From: Ideonella sp. | GTDB lineage: Bacteria; Pseudomonadota; Gammaproteobacteria; Burkholderiales; Burkholderiaceae_C | Reading direction: 5' to 3' | Length of the DNA stretch: 64,000 nt | Assembly (NCBI RefSeq): GCF_035254525.1 | Contig: NZ_DATFAN010000137.1 | Span: 23,417-87,416, forward strand | In this document: positions 1-12,289 of the stretch, one piece after another | Layout of the letters: each line of letters begins with the position of its first letter | Numbering within the stretch: position 1 is the first letter of the stretch | Position numbers and translations under genes: made by a program | The notes under the pieces: generated by a model | Databases searched by the model: none | What the model was told of the DNA's origin: nothing | What the model saw: the letters and a program-made list of their open reading frames with translations, nothing else

Positions 1-21
1 GGGTATCGAAATCGCGCCGCC

Positions 22-45
22 TAGAATCTTTGTGCAATCGCACAA
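22..45 (+). promoter_or_regulatory. phaR promoter -10 (TAGAAT, 22-27) followed by the palindrome TTGTGC-AATC-GCACAA (30-45), likely a PhaR autoregulatory operator
   Basis: Perfect 6-bp inverted repeat with TGC-N4-GCA core just downstream of a -10 hexamer, upstream of phaR. PhaR proteins are known to autoregulate through TGC/GCA inverted repeats. Confidence 0.6.
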
Positions 46-96
46 TCCCACCCACGTCCGCAGCGCACAACCCGCCTGCCCAAGGAGTCCCGCCGC

Positions 97-684
97 ATGT
101 CCACCGCCCGCCGCACTGCCGCCGACGCCGCTCCTGCCGAGGCGACGGCACCGCGGGTGCTGAAGAAGTACCCGAACCGGCGGCTGTACGACACCAGCGC
201 GAGCACCTACATCACGCTGGCCGACGTCAAGCAGATGGTGCTCGAGGGCACCGAGTTCGAGGTGCGCGACGCCAAGACCGGCGACGACCTGACCCGCAGC
301 ATCCTGCTGCAGATCATCCTCGAGGAAGAGACCGGCGGCGCGCCGATGTTCACCGCCAACATGCTGGCGCAGATCATCCGGTTCTACGGCCATGCGATGC
401 AGGGCATGATGGGTTCGTACCTCGAGAAGAACCTGCAGACCTTCGTCGAGATGCAGGCCCGGCTGGCCGACCAGGCGCGCGGCCTGTACGACCCCAAGGC
501 CTTCACGCCCGAGATGTGGGCCCAGTTCATGAGCGGCCAGGCGCCGGTGATGCAGGGCCTGATGGGCAACTACCTCGAGCAGTCGAAGAACCTGTTCATG
601 CAGATGCAGGAGCAGATGCAGAAGCAGACCGGTGGGCTGATCCCCGGGTTCCCGGGCTTTCCGCCGCCGCCCTCGCAGAAGTAG
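97..684 (+). CDS. phaR: Polyhydroxyalkanoate synthesis repressor PhaR
   Basis: N-terminal KKYPNRRLYDTSASTYITL DNA-binding motif; Gln/Met-rich PHB-accumulation domain. Confidence 0.95.
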   Translation: MSTARRTAADAAPAEATAPRVLKKYPNRRLYDTSASTYITLADVKQMVLEGTEFEVRDAKTGDDLTRSILLQIILEEETGGAPMFTANMLAQIIRFYGHAMQGMMGSYLEKNLQTFVEMQARLADQARGLYDPKAFTPEMWAQFMSGQAPVMQGLMGNYLEQSKNLFMQMQEQMQKQTGGLIPGFPGFPPPPSQK

Positions 685-729
685 CCCTCGGGCGGCTTGC
701 CCAGGAGCCGGTTTGAGACAATCCGGCCC

Positions 730-2118
730 ATGACTGCAGACTCCACCGCGCTGGCCGACAAGCCGGCGCCGACCATCGGCTTCGTCTCGCTGGGCTGCCC
801 GAAGGCGCTGACCGACTCCGAACTGATCCTGACCCAGCTCTCGGCCGAGGGTTACCGCACCGCCAAGACCTACCAGGGCGCCGACCTGGTGATCGTCAAC
901 ACCTGCGGCTTCATCGACGATGCGGTGAAGGAAAGCCTGGACACGATCGGCGAGGCCCTGGCCGAAAACGGCAAGGTCATCGTGACCGGCTGCCTGGGCG
1001 CCAAGCAGGGTGACGGCGGCGGCAACCTCGTGCAGCAGGTGCACCCCAAGGTGCTGGCCGTGACCGGCCCGCATGCCACGCAGGAGGTGATGGACGCGGT
1101 GCACGTGCACGTGCCCAAGCCGCACGACCCCTTCGTCGATCTCGTGCCGCCGGCCGGCATCAAGCTCACGCCCAAGCACTACGCGTATCTCAAGATCAGC
1201 GAGGGCTGCAACCACCGCTGCACCTTCTGCATCATCCCCAGCATGCGCGGCGATCTGGTCTCGCGGCCGGTGGGCGATGTGCTGAAGGAGGCCAGGGCGC
1301 TGTTCGAGGGCGGCGTGAAGGAGCTGCTGGTCGTCAGCCAGGACACTTCCGCCTACGGCGTCGACGTGAAATACCGCACCGGCTTCTGGGACGGCAAGCC
1401 GGTCAAGACCCGCATGCTGGACCTGGTCGAGCAACTGGGCGAGCTGGCGAAGGCGCATGGCGCCTGGGTGCGCCTGCACTACGTCTACCCGTACCCGCAC
1501 GTCGACGAGGTCATCCCGCTGATGGCTTCGGGCCTGGTGCTGCCCTACCTCGACGTGCCGTTCCAGCACTCGCACCCCGATGTGTTGAAGCGCATGAAGC
1601 GCCCGGCCAGTGGCGAGCGCAACCTCGAGCGCATCCAGCGCTGGCGCGAGATGTGCCCGGAGTTGGTGATCCGCTCGACCTTCATTGCCGGCTTTCCCGG
1701 CGAGACCGAAGACGAGTTCGCCCACCTGCTGCAGTTCATGCAGGAGGCACAGATCGACCGCGCCGGCTGCTTCGCCTACTCGCCGGTCACCGGCGCGGCG
1801 GCGAACGACCTGCCCGGCGCGCTGCCGAACGACGTGCGCGAGGAGCGCCGCGCGCGTTTCATGGCGGTGGCCGAACAGGTGTCGATCGAGCGCCTGCGCC
1901 GGCGTGTCGGCGCGACGATGCAGGTGCTGGTCGACCGCGCGCCGTCGCTCGGCCGCCAGGGCGGGGTGGGGCGCTCGTACGCCGATGCGCCGGAGATCGA
2001 CGGGACCGTGCGCCTGCTGCCGCCGACCAAGGCGTCCACCCGGCTGCGCGTGGGCGAATTCGCCAAGGCGCGCATCGTGGCCGCTGAGGGGCACGACCTG
2101 GTGGGCGAGCCCGTATGA
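730..2118 (+). CDS. rimO: Ribosomal protein S12 methylthiotransferase RimO
   Basis: UPF0004 N-terminus ([14 protein letters not shown]), radical [11 protein letters not shown] motif, C-terminal TRAM domain. Start placed at ATG 730. Confidence 0.95.
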   Translation: MTADSTALADKPAPTIGFVSLGCPKALTDSELILTQLSAEGYRTAKTYQGADLVIVNTCGFIDDAVKESLDTIGEALAENGKVIVTGCLGAKQGDGGGNLVQQVHPKVLAVTGPHATQEVMDAVHVHVPKPHDPFVDLVPPAGIKLTPKHYAYLKISEGCNHRCTFCIIPSMRGDLVSRPVGDVLKEARALFEGGVKELLVVSQDTSAYGVDVKYRTGFWDGKPVKTRMLDLVEQLGELAKAHGAWVRLHYVYPYPHVDEVIPLMASGLVLPYLDVPFQHSHPDVLKRMKRPASGERNLERIQRWREMCPELVIRSTFIAGFPGETEDEFAHLLQFMQEAQIDRAGCFAYSPVTGAAANDLPGALPNDVREERRARFMAVAEQVSIERLRRRVGATMQVLVDRAPSLGRQGGVGRSYADAPEIDGTVRLLPPTKASTRLRVGEFAKARIVAAEGHDLVGEPV

Positions 2119-3299
2119 GCGCGGACAAGGACAAAGCCACCGAGCTGATCCACCACGCCTACCAGCCGCCGGCCGGCTTCGAATCGCCCGTGGTCGGGGT
2201 GCACAAGGGTTCGACGGTCTTCTTCCCCAGCGTCGCGGCGCTGCGCAACCACCACTGGCTGGACAAGCAGGCCTACACCTACGGCCTGCACGGCACGCCG
2301 ACGACCTTCACGCTGGAAGCGCGGCTGGCGACGCTGGAAGGCGCGAAGCACGTGATGCTGGCGCCCAGCGGCCTGGCGGCGCTGACCAGCGTCAACATGG
2401 CCTTGCTGGCCAGCGGCGACGCGGTGCTGCTGCCCGACAACGTCTACAACCCCAGCAAGGAATTCGCCCGTCACGAACTGGCGCAATGGGGCATCGCGCA
2501 CCGGCTGTACGACCCGATGCAGCCCGCATCGTTGCGCACGGCGCTGGGGCCCGACGTGAAGCTCGTCTGGCTCGAGGCGCCGGGCTCGGTGACGCTGGAG
2601 TTCCCGGACCTGCCCGCGCTCGTCCGCACGGTGCGCGAGGCGGCGCCGCAGGCAGTGATCGCGCTCGACAACACCTGGGGCGCTGGGCTCGCTTTCGACG
2701 CCTTCGCGCTGGGGGTGGACCTGACGATCCACGCGCTGACGAAGTACCCATCCGGCGGTGGCGACGTGCTGATGGGCTCGGTCGCCTGCCGCGACGAGAC
2801 CCTGTACCGGCGCCTGGCCATGACCCACAGCCGGCTCGGCCTGGGCATCGCGGCCAACGATGCCGAGGCCTTGCTGCGCTCGCTGCCGAGCCTGCCGCTG
2901 CGTTATGCCGCGCAGGATGCTTCGGGCCGGCGCGTGGCCGAATGGGCCGCCCGGCAGGGGCCGGTGGTCCGCCGCGTGCTGCACCCGGCGCTGCCCGGCT
3001 CACCCGGCCACGCGCATTGGGCGGCGACCTGCCGCGCCGCCGCCGGCCTGCTGACGCTCGAGTTCGACCCGGCAATCGAGCCGGAGAAGATCGATGCCTT
3101 CGTCGAGGGCCTGTCGCTGTTCCGCATCGGCTGGAGCTGGGGCGGGCCGGTGAGCCTGGCCGTGCCGTACCGCGCGTCCTTCATCCGCCAGCTCGGCAAC
3201 GCCTACGCCGGCACGCTGGTGCGCCTGTCGATCGGCCTGGAATCGACCGACGACCTGATCGCCGACCTGGCGGCCGGCATCGAGCGACTGAAGGCCTAG
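2115..3299 (+). CDS. metC: Cystathionine beta-lyase (Cys/Met metabolism PLP enzyme)
   Basis: [19 protein letters not shown] and HALTKYPSG (PLP lysine) motifs; ATGA overlap with rimO. Confidence 0.85.
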   Translation: MSADKDKATELIHHAYQPPAGFESPVVGVHKGSTVFFPSVAALRNHHWLDKQAYTYGLHGTPTTFTLEARLATLEGAKHVMLAPSGLAALTSVNMALLASGDAVLLPDNVYNPSKEFARHELAQWGIAHRLYDPMQPASLRTALGPDVKLVWLEAPGSVTLEFPDLPALVRTVREAAPQAVIALDNTWGAGLAFDAFALGVDLTIHALTKYPSGGGDVLMGSVACRDETLYRRLAMTHSRLGLGIAANDAEALLRSLPSLPLRYAAQDASGRRVAEWAARQGPVVRRVLHPALPGSPGHAHWAATCRAAAGLLTLEFDPAIEPEKIDAFVEGLSLFRIGWSWGGPVSLAVPYRASFIRQLGNAYAGTLVRLSIGLESTDDLIADLAAGIERLKA

Positions 3300-4255
3300 A
3301 AGCGGCCGTCGCGCGCGAAGCGGTTCGTCGCGTCGACCAGCGCGGCGGCGATGCCGGGTTCGTAGGACGAGTGGCCGGCGTCCGGCACGATGCGCAGGTC
3401 CACGCCGGGCCACGCATCGGCAAGCGCGTGGGCGTAGCGCACCGGGCAGATCACGTCGTAGCGCCCGTGCACGATGAAGCCGGGCAGGTGGCGGATGCGC
3501 GCCATGTTGTCCAGCAACTGGTTCGGCCGCAGGAAGGCCTTGTGGCGGAAGTAGTGGGCCTCGAGCCGGCCGATGCCCAGCGCGATCGCGTCTTCGGTGA
3601 AGGCGTCGGCCGTCTCCGGATTCGGCAGCAGGTGCAGGCAGGAGCCCTCGTAGCGGCTCCAGGCGCGCGCCGCCGGGGTGTAGACCGCCGGGTCGGCGGA
3701 TTCGAGCCGGCGGCTGTAGGCCGCGAGCAGGTCGCCTCGCTCGGCCTCGGGCAGGTGGCCGGCGAAGGCCTCCCACTCGCGTGGGAAGAAGTTGCGCACG
3801 CCGTGGAGCCACCAGTCGATTTCCTCGTCGCTGACCAGCCAGATGCCGCGCAGCACCAGGCCCAGGCAGCGCTCGGGGTGGGCCTGGGCATAGGCCAGCG
3901 ACAGCGTCGAGCCCCACGAGCCGCCGAAGACCAACCAGCGCTCGATGCCGAGCATCTCGCGCAGGTGCTCGATGTCCTGGATCAGCAGCTCCGTCGTGTT
4001 CTCGCGCGTTTCGCCCAGCGGGGTCGACTGCCCGGCGCCGCGCTGGTCGAACAGCACGACGTGGTAACGCGCCGGGTCGAAGTAGCGGCGGCTCTTCGGC
4101 GAGATGCCGGCACCGGGGCCGCCGTGCAGGAAGAGGGCCGGGATGCCCTGCGGGTGGCCGCAGGTCTCCCAGTAGAGATCGTGCAGGCCGCTCACCGCGA
4201 GGCGGCCGCTGCGCAGCGGCTCGACCGCCGGGTAGAGAACTTCGTCCAGCGTCAT
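3296..4255 (-). CDS. pip: Proline iminopeptidase
   Basis: LHGGPG, DQRGAGQSTP, GGSWGS nucleophile elbow and GRYDVIC motifs. Confidence 0.92.
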   Translation of the reverse strand: MTLDEVLYPAVEPLRSGRLAVSGLHDLYWETCGHPQGIPALFLHGGPGAGISPKSRRYFDPARYHVVLFDQRGAGQSTPLGETRENTTELLIQDIEHLREMLGIERWLVFGGSWGSTLSLAYAQAHPERCLGLVLRGIWLVSDEEIDWWLHGVRNFFPREWEAFAGHLPEAERGDLLAAYSRRLESADPAVYTPAARAWSRYEGSCLHLLPNPETADAFTEDAIALGIGRLEAHYFRHKAFLRPNQLLDNMARIRHLPGFIVHGRYDVICPVRYAHALADAWPGVDLRIVPDAGHSSYEPGIAAALVDATNRFARDGRF

Positions 4256-4262
4256 GGCGTGT

Positions 4263-4733
4263 TCATTCCTTCGGACCGGATGAGACCTTGTGTCTCATCA
4301 GGCGTCCCTTTTCACGTTCCCAATCGCGTTTCTTCTCGGTCTCGCGCTTGTCGTGCTGGGCCTTGCCCTTGGCCAGCGCGATCTCGCATTTCACGCGGCC
4401 GCCCTTGTAGTGCAGGTTCAGCGGCACCAGCGTGAAGCCGCGCTGCTCGACCTTGCCGATCAGGCGGCGGATCTCGTCCTTGCCCATCAGCAGCTTCTTG
4501 GTCCGGTCGGCCTCGGGGTGCACGTGGGTCGACGCGCTGCGCAGCGCGTTGATGCGGCAGCCGATCAGGTACAGCTCGCCGCCCTTGATCACCACATAAC
4601 CATCGGTCAGCTGGACCTGCCCGGCGCGGATGGCCTTGACCTCCCAGCCTTCCAGCACCATGCCTGCTTCGAACTGTTCCTCGATGTGGTATTCGAAACG
4701 GGCGCGGCGGTTTTCGGCGATGAAGGCGGACAT
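4263..4733 (-). CDS. smpB: SsrA-binding protein SmpB
   Basis: [32 protein letters not shown] and [10 protein letters not shown] motifs. Confidence 0.97.
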   Translation of the reverse strand: MSAFIAENRRARFEYHIEEQFEAGMVLEGWEVKAIRAGQVQLTDGYVVIKGGELYLIGCRINALRSASTHVHPEADRTKKLLMGKDEIRRLIGKVEQRGFTLVPLNLHYKGGRVKCEIALAKGKAQHDKRETEKKRDWEREKGRLMRHKVSSGPKE

Positions 4734-4793
4734 GGAGGGCTTGGCGGCGGCACCTTCGGTTCGGAAGAGGGGTGCCTAGAATCGAGCCATTGT

Positions 4794-5249
4794 ATGAAGC
4801 ACGTGAAGAAGTCCGTCCTGCTGTGGTACTCGCCGGCCGAGATGTACCGCCTCGTCACCGATGTGCCGCGCTACCCGGAGTTCCTGCCCTGGTGCGAGCG
4901 CGGCGAGGTGCTGGAGCAGCACGACAACGGCATGACGGCGCGCATCAGCCTGGCCTACGCCGGCGTGCGCCACGCCTTCACGACCCGCAACGAGCATGAG
5001 CCGGACCGCCAGGTGCTGATCAAGCTCGTCGACGGTCCCTTTTCGTTGCTCGAAGGTTGCTGGGCGTTCGCGCCACTGGGCCGGCCGGGCGCCGACACGC
5101 CGACGGCCTGCCGCATCGAGTTCGACTTGCGCTACGCGTTCTCGAGCCGGCCGCTGGAGGCCGTGCTGAGCCCGGTGTTCGACCGCGTGGCCAACACCTT
5201 CGTCGATTCCTTCGTCACCCGGGCGGAGCAGGTCTATGGACAGCGATAG
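4794..5249 (+). CDS. ratA: RatA/PasT (Coq10-like START-domain) protein
   Basis: YSPAEMYRLVTDVPRYPEFLPWC and LVDGPFSLLEGCW.F motifs; divergent from smpB. True start is ATG 4794 inside the longer track ORF. Confidence 0.9.
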   Translation: MKHVKKSVLLWYSPAEMYRLVTDVPRYPEFLPWCERGEVLEQHDNGMTARISLAYAGVRHAFTTRNEHEPDRQVLIKLVDGPFSLLEGCWAFAPLGRPGADTPTACRIEFDLRYAFSSRPLEAVLSPVFDRVANTFVDSFVTRAEQVYGQR

Positions 5250-5553
5250 CGCCGCCGCCCTGGGCCCCCTGTCGGTGCAGGTCAGCTACAGCCCGGCGCC
5301 GCGGGAAGTCGACAGCGTGGCGCTGAAGATGCCGGCCGGCAGCACGGTGGCCGATGCCCTGCGCGCCAGCGGCCTGCTGGAGCGCCACGGCCTGGCACTC
5401 GATGCCGGCCTGAGCGTGGGTGTGTGGATGAAGGCCAAGCCGCTGGACACGCCGCTGCGCGAAGCGGACCGCGTCGAGATCTACCGCGGCTTGAAAGTCG
5501 ACCCGAAGGAAGCCCGGCGACTGCGCTACCGCAAACAGCCGAAGTCCCGCTGA
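5236..5553 (+). CDS. ratB: RnfH-family ubiquitin-like protein (RatB/PasI)
   Basis: GVW...[29 protein letters not shown] motif; overlaps ratA. Confidence 0.88.
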   Translation: MDSDSAAALGPLSVQVSYSPAPREVDSVALKMPAGSTVADALRASGLLERHGLALDAGLSVGVWMKAKPLDTPLREADRVEIYRGLKVDPKEARRLRYRKQPKSR

Positions 5554-5554
5554 G

Positions 5555-6076
5555 TCAGTTGCAGTTCGCGTCGGCGACTTGGCGCGTGCGCGCAATTTCA
5601 GCCGCGCGGCCCTGGTCGTCGAGGATCTCGCGCTCGCCCTTGTCGTTCATGCGCCCGATGCGCTGGCCGCCTTCGAGCGCGGCCAGCTGGTTGCGGGCGC
5701 GCTGGCAGGTCTCGGCCCGGGCCTGGTCGCGCTTGGCCTTCTCGGCGGCCTGCTTGGCCTTCTCGGCCGCGGCCTGCTCGGTCTGGGCCTTGTTGCGCTT
5801 GGCCTCGAGGGCCGGGTCGACGCCCGACACGGCCGTCGATGCGGCCTCGCTGGCAGCGGGGCCCGGCATCGGCGCGCGCGCGGCGTGAGGCCGCTGCAGG
5901 ATGTCCTTCTCCGGCACCTCCATCGGCGGCGGCCGGTCGCTGACCTGCACACGGCCGTCCTTGTCGCGCCACTTCCAGATGCTTTGCGCGGTCGCTGCCC
6001 CGGCGCCGACGGCCAGGATCAGTACGAGGAGGCCGAAACGCCCGATGCTGGCGAACGTGGGAGCGTTGTACTTCAT
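5555..6076 (-). CDS. DUF4124-type exported protein
   Basis: Signal peptide, [18 protein letters not shown] motif, coiled-coil C-terminus ending in Cys. Confidence 0.8.
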   Translation of the reverse strand: MKYNAPTFASIGRFGLLVLILAVGAGAATAQSIWKWRDKDGRVQVSDRPPPMEVPEKDILQRPHAARAPMPGPAASEAASTAVSGVDPALEAKRNKAQTEQAAAEKAKQAAEKAKRDQARAETCQRARNQLAALEGGQRIGRMNDKGEREILDDQGRAAEIARTRQVADANCN

Positions 6077-6177
6077 GAAGTGGTGGCAGGTCGCCCGGGC
6101 CGGTGGGCGCTGAGGGTTGCAACGAGTCGTCAGTGTACGGCGTCGGCCCGTAACGAGGGGTTGCGCCGGCGCATCCG

Positions 6178-6183
6178 TATAAT
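6178..6183 (+). promoter_or_regulatory. -10 element TATAAT of the guaB operon
   Basis: Perfect TATAAT 25 nt upstream of the guaB ATG; no clear -35 at canonical spacing. Confidence 0.55.
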
Positions 6184-6208
6184 CCGCTTTTGCGTCTGGA
6201 GCTTTCCC

Positions 6209-7681
6209 ATGCGCCTTCTAGGCAAAGCGCTCACCTTCGACGATGTGTTGTTGGTGCCGGCGTATTCCCAGGTGTTGCCTCGAGATACCTCGCTGGCCAC
6301 CCGCGTTTCACGCAACATCCTCCTGAACCTGCCGCTCGTGTCCGCCGCGATGGACACGGTCACCGAAGCGCGCCTGGCGATCGCCATCGCGCAAGAGGGC
6401 GGCATGGGCATCGTCCACAAGAACCTGAGCCCGAAGCAGCAGGCGGCCGAAGTGGCGCGCGTCAAGCGCTACGAATCGGGCCTGCTGAAGGATCCGATCA
6501 CGATCGCCCCCGGCGCCCGGGTGCGTGACGTGATCGAGCTGTCGCGCCAGCACGGCATCTCCGGCTTCCCGGTGGTCGAAGACGGCCGCGTCGTCGGCAT
6601 CGTCACCAACCGGGACCTGCGCTTCGAGTCGCGTTTCGACGCCCCGGTGCGCGAGATCATGACGCCGCGCGAACGGCTCGTGACCGTGAAGGAAGGCGCG
6701 TCGCTGGCCGAGGCCAAGGCACTGATGCACCAGCACAAGCTGGAGCGCGTGCTGGTCGTCAACGACGCCTTCGAACTGCGCGGCCTGTTCACGGTGAAGG
6801 ACATCACCAAGCAGACCACCTTCCCGAACGCCGCGCGCGACGCCAACGGCAAGCTGCGCGTCGGCGCCGCGGTCGGCGTCGGCGAGGGCACCGAAGAGCG
6901 CGTCGAGTTGCTCGCGCGCGCCGGCGTCGACGCGCTGGTCGTCGACACGGCCCACGGCCACTCGCATGGGGTTCTCGACCGGGTTCGCTGGGTCAAGAAG
7001 AACTTCCCCGAGGTCGATGTGATCGGCGGCAACATCGCCACTGGCGCGGCCGCGCTGGCGCTGGTCGAGGCGGGCGCCGACGGTGTCAAGGTCGGCATCG
7101 GCCCGGGTTCGATCTGCACGACCCGCATCGTCGCCGGTGTCGGCGTGCCGCAGATCACCGCCATCGACAACGTGGCCACCGCCTTGCGCGGTACCGGCGT
7201 GCCGTTGATCGCCGACGGCGGCATCCGCTACTCGGGCGACATCGCCAAGGCCATCGCCGCCGGCGCCAGCACGGTGATGATGGGCGGCATGTTCGCCGGC
7301 ACCGAAGAGGCGCCGGGCGAGGTCATCCTGTACCAGGGCCGCAGCTACAAGGGCTACCGCGGCATGGGCTCGATCGGCGCGATGAAGGCCGGCTCGGCGG
7401 ACCGCTACTTCCAGGAAAACGACGAGACGACCAACCCGAACGCCGACAAGCTGGTGCCGGAGGGCATCGAGGGCCGGGTGCCCTACAAGGGCTCGATGGT
7501 CTCGATCATCTTCCAGATGGCCGGCGGCCTGCGCGCGGCGATGGGCTACTGCGGCTGTGCGACGGTCGACGAGATGCGCGAACGCGCCGAGTTCGTCGAG
7601 ATCACGTCGGCGGGCATCCGCGAGAGCCACGTGCACGACGTGCAGATCACCAAGGAAGCGCCCAACTACCGCCTGGAATGA
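6209..7681 (+). CDS. guaB: IMP dehydrogenase
   Basis: [14 protein letters not shown] pair, [11 protein letters not shown] catalytic Cys, GYRGMGS. Start at ATG 6209. Confidence 0.98.
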   Translation: MRLLGKALTFDDVLLVPAYSQVLPRDTSLATRVSRNILLNLPLVSAAMDTVTEARLAIAIAQEGGMGIVHKNLSPKQQAAEVARVKRYESGLLKDPITIAPGARVRDVIELSRQHGISGFPVVEDGRVVGIVTNRDLRFESRFDAPVREIMTPRERLVTVKEGASLAEAKALMHQHKLERVLVVNDAFELRGLFTVKDITKQTTFPNAARDANGKLRVGAAVGVGEGTEERVELLARAGVDALVVDTAHGHSHGVLDRVRWVKKNFPEVDVIGGNIATGAAALALVEAGADGVKVGIGPGSICTTRIVAGVGVPQITAIDNVATALRGTGVPLIADGGIRYSGDIAKAIAAGASTVMMGGMFAGTEEAPGEVILYQGRSYKGYRGMGSIGAMKAGSADRYFQENDETTNPNADKLVPEGIEGRVPYKGSMVSIIFQMAGGLRAAMGYCGCATVDEMRERAEFVEITSAGIRESHVHDVQITKEAPNYRLE

Positions 7682-7689
7682 AGCGCTAG

Positions 7690-8952
7690 ATGGTGAACGA
7701 AGCGAGCGGGCCGAGCGCCGGAGGGGCTGGCAGGGCGGCGGCCATGCCATTCATCTTGATCACGGTGCTGATCGACATGGTGTCGATCGGCCTGATCATT
7801 CCCGTGCTTCCGCTGATCGTCGGCAGCTTCACCAGCTCGCCGACCGAGCAGACCTGGTGGTACGGGGTGGTGACGATCACCTTCGGCATCGCGAACTTCT
7901 TCGGCTCGCCGGTGCTGGGTGCGCTGTCCGACGCCCACGGCCGCCGCCCGGTGCTGCTGCTGGGGTTCTGCGGCCTGGCGCTCAGCTTCATCGTGACGGG
8001 CCTGGCCACGGCGCTGTGGATGTTGGTCGCCGTGCGGGTCTTCTCGGGCGCGATGCAGGCCAATGCGGCCGTCGCCAATGCCTACGTGGCCGACATCACC
8101 CCGCCCGAAGAACGCGCCCGCCGCTTCGGCATGCTGGGCGCGATGTTCGGCATCGGCTTCATCCTGGGGCCCATGCTGGGCGGCATCCTGGGCCGCTTCG
8201 ACATCCACCTGCCGTTCTTCGCGGCCGGTGGCCTGGCGGTGCTGAACTGGCTTTACGGCTTCTTCGTGCTGCCCGAGTCGCTGCCGCCGGAGCGCCGCCA
8301 GGCGTTCAGCTGGAAGCGGGTCCACCCGTTCGCGGCGCTGGCCGGGCTCACCCGTCTCGAAGGCGTGGGGCCGCTGGTGGCCGTGATCGGCCTGGCCTCG
8401 CTGGCCCAGTTCACGCTGCACACGAGCTGGGTGCTCTACACCCACTTCAAGTTCGGCTGGGGTCCGTGGGAGGTGGGGTGCTCGCTCTTCGCGGTGGGCG
8501 CGATCGCCGCGGTGGTGCAGGGCGTGCTGCTCAAGCACATGCTGGCCCGCTTCTCGGCCCGCACGCTGGCGACGGTCGGCCTCGCTTCCAGCGCACTGAC
8601 CTACCTCGGCTTCGGCCTGGCCACCGAGGGCTGGATGATGTACGTGATCATCGTCATCGGCGGCATCATCGGCGGTGGCGCCCAGGCGGCGATCCAGAGC
8701 ATGGTCGCCAACGCGGCGCAGTCGCACGCGCAGGGCGCGACCATGGGTTCGGTGGCCTCGCTGAACAGCCTGATGGCCGTGCTCGCGCCGATGGCTGCCA
8801 CGCCGCTGCTGGGCCTCGTGTCCCACCGCCCGCCGGGCGACTGGCTGATGGGCCTCCCGTTTTTCTTCTGCGCCGCCCTGCAGGCCGCGGGCGCGGTGAT
8901 CGCGATTCGATTCTTCCGCCGGCGCGCGCGCCTTGCCGCGGCACCGGCCTGA
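7690..8952 (+). CDS. MFS transporter, DHA1/TetA-like family
   Basis: About 12 hydrophobic segments; motif [15 protein letters not shown]; antiporter motif [11 protein letters not shown]. Confidence 0.88.
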   Translation: MVNEASGPSAGGAGRAAAMPFILITVLIDMVSIGLIIPVLPLIVGSFTSSPTEQTWWYGVVTITFGIANFFGSPVLGALSDAHGRRPVLLLGFCGLALSFIVTGLATALWMLVAVRVFSGAMQANAAVANAYVADITPPEERARRFGMLGAMFGIGFILGPMLGGILGRFDIHLPFFAAGGLAVLNWLYGFFVLPESLPPERRQAFSWKRVHPFAALAGLTRLEGVGPLVAVIGLASLAQFTLHTSWVLYTHFKFGWGPWEVGCSLFAVGAIAAVVQGVLLKHMLARFSARTLATVGLASSALTYLGFGLATEGWMMYVIIVIGGIIGGGAQAAIQSMVANAAQSHAQGATMGSVASLNSLMAVLAPMAATPLLGLVSHRPPGDWLMGLPFFFCAALQAAGAVIAIRFFRRRARLAAAPA

Positions 8953-8956
8953 TGCC

Positions 8957-12047
<3,091 letters not shown>

Positions 12048-12180
12048 CGGGGTGACCCTCAACTGGTGGAATTCGCTGCCGCTGCTGAAGTTTGTTGAGG
12101 ATGCTTCGCCGCTTGGCGGCCTGAGCTTGCGGAAACCCTAACCCGGGCCCCTTGCGGGCGGGCATAGAATCTGCTCGACA

Positions 12181-12235
12181 CGCCTCGCCGCATCCCCGGG
12201 CACAAGCCGGGGGTTGCCGCAGGCGGTTTTGTTTT
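12181..12235 (+). terminator. GC-rich hairpin followed by TTTTGTTTT; terminator or attenuator between ldcA and the ABC operon
   Basis: GCATCCCCGG/CCGGGGGTTGC inner stem, CGCCT/AGGCG outer stem, then a T-rich tract. Confidence 0.5.
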
Positions 12236-12289
12236 GTCCGCTGGCTGCGCCTATCCGCGCGGCGGCCAGCACTTCTTGGGAGTCTCCGC

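Noticed and set aside
1685-4435. 916-aa ORF and other very long track ORFs (12251-14560, 48524-50785, 39075-40949, 34578-36737, 15506-17452)
   Set aside because: They are antisense or off-frame shadows of well-supported genes, Arg/Ala/Gly-rich and without motifs. Such ORFs are expected in high-GC DNA.
4794-5553. ratAB as a novel toxin-antitoxin system
   Set aside because: This is the widely conserved smpB-ratA-ratB arrangement, and RatA is a Coq10-like ubiquinone-binding protein; it is not novel.
4263-5554. tmRNA (ssrA) or a prophage attachment site near smpB
   Set aside because: There is no intergenic space or tRNA-like ends, and no integrase is present.
5579-6208. Long N-terminal extensions in track ORFs for guaB, ratA, adk, xseA, hemN, exbB, eat and the M90 peptidase
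   Set aside because: They overlap neighbouring genes or promoters; homology motifs and RBS or -10 positions support the downstream starts given.
7690-8952. Calling the MFS gene an acquired tetA resistance determinant
   Set aside because: There is no tetR or mobile context and codon usage is native; family membership alone does not establish the substrate.
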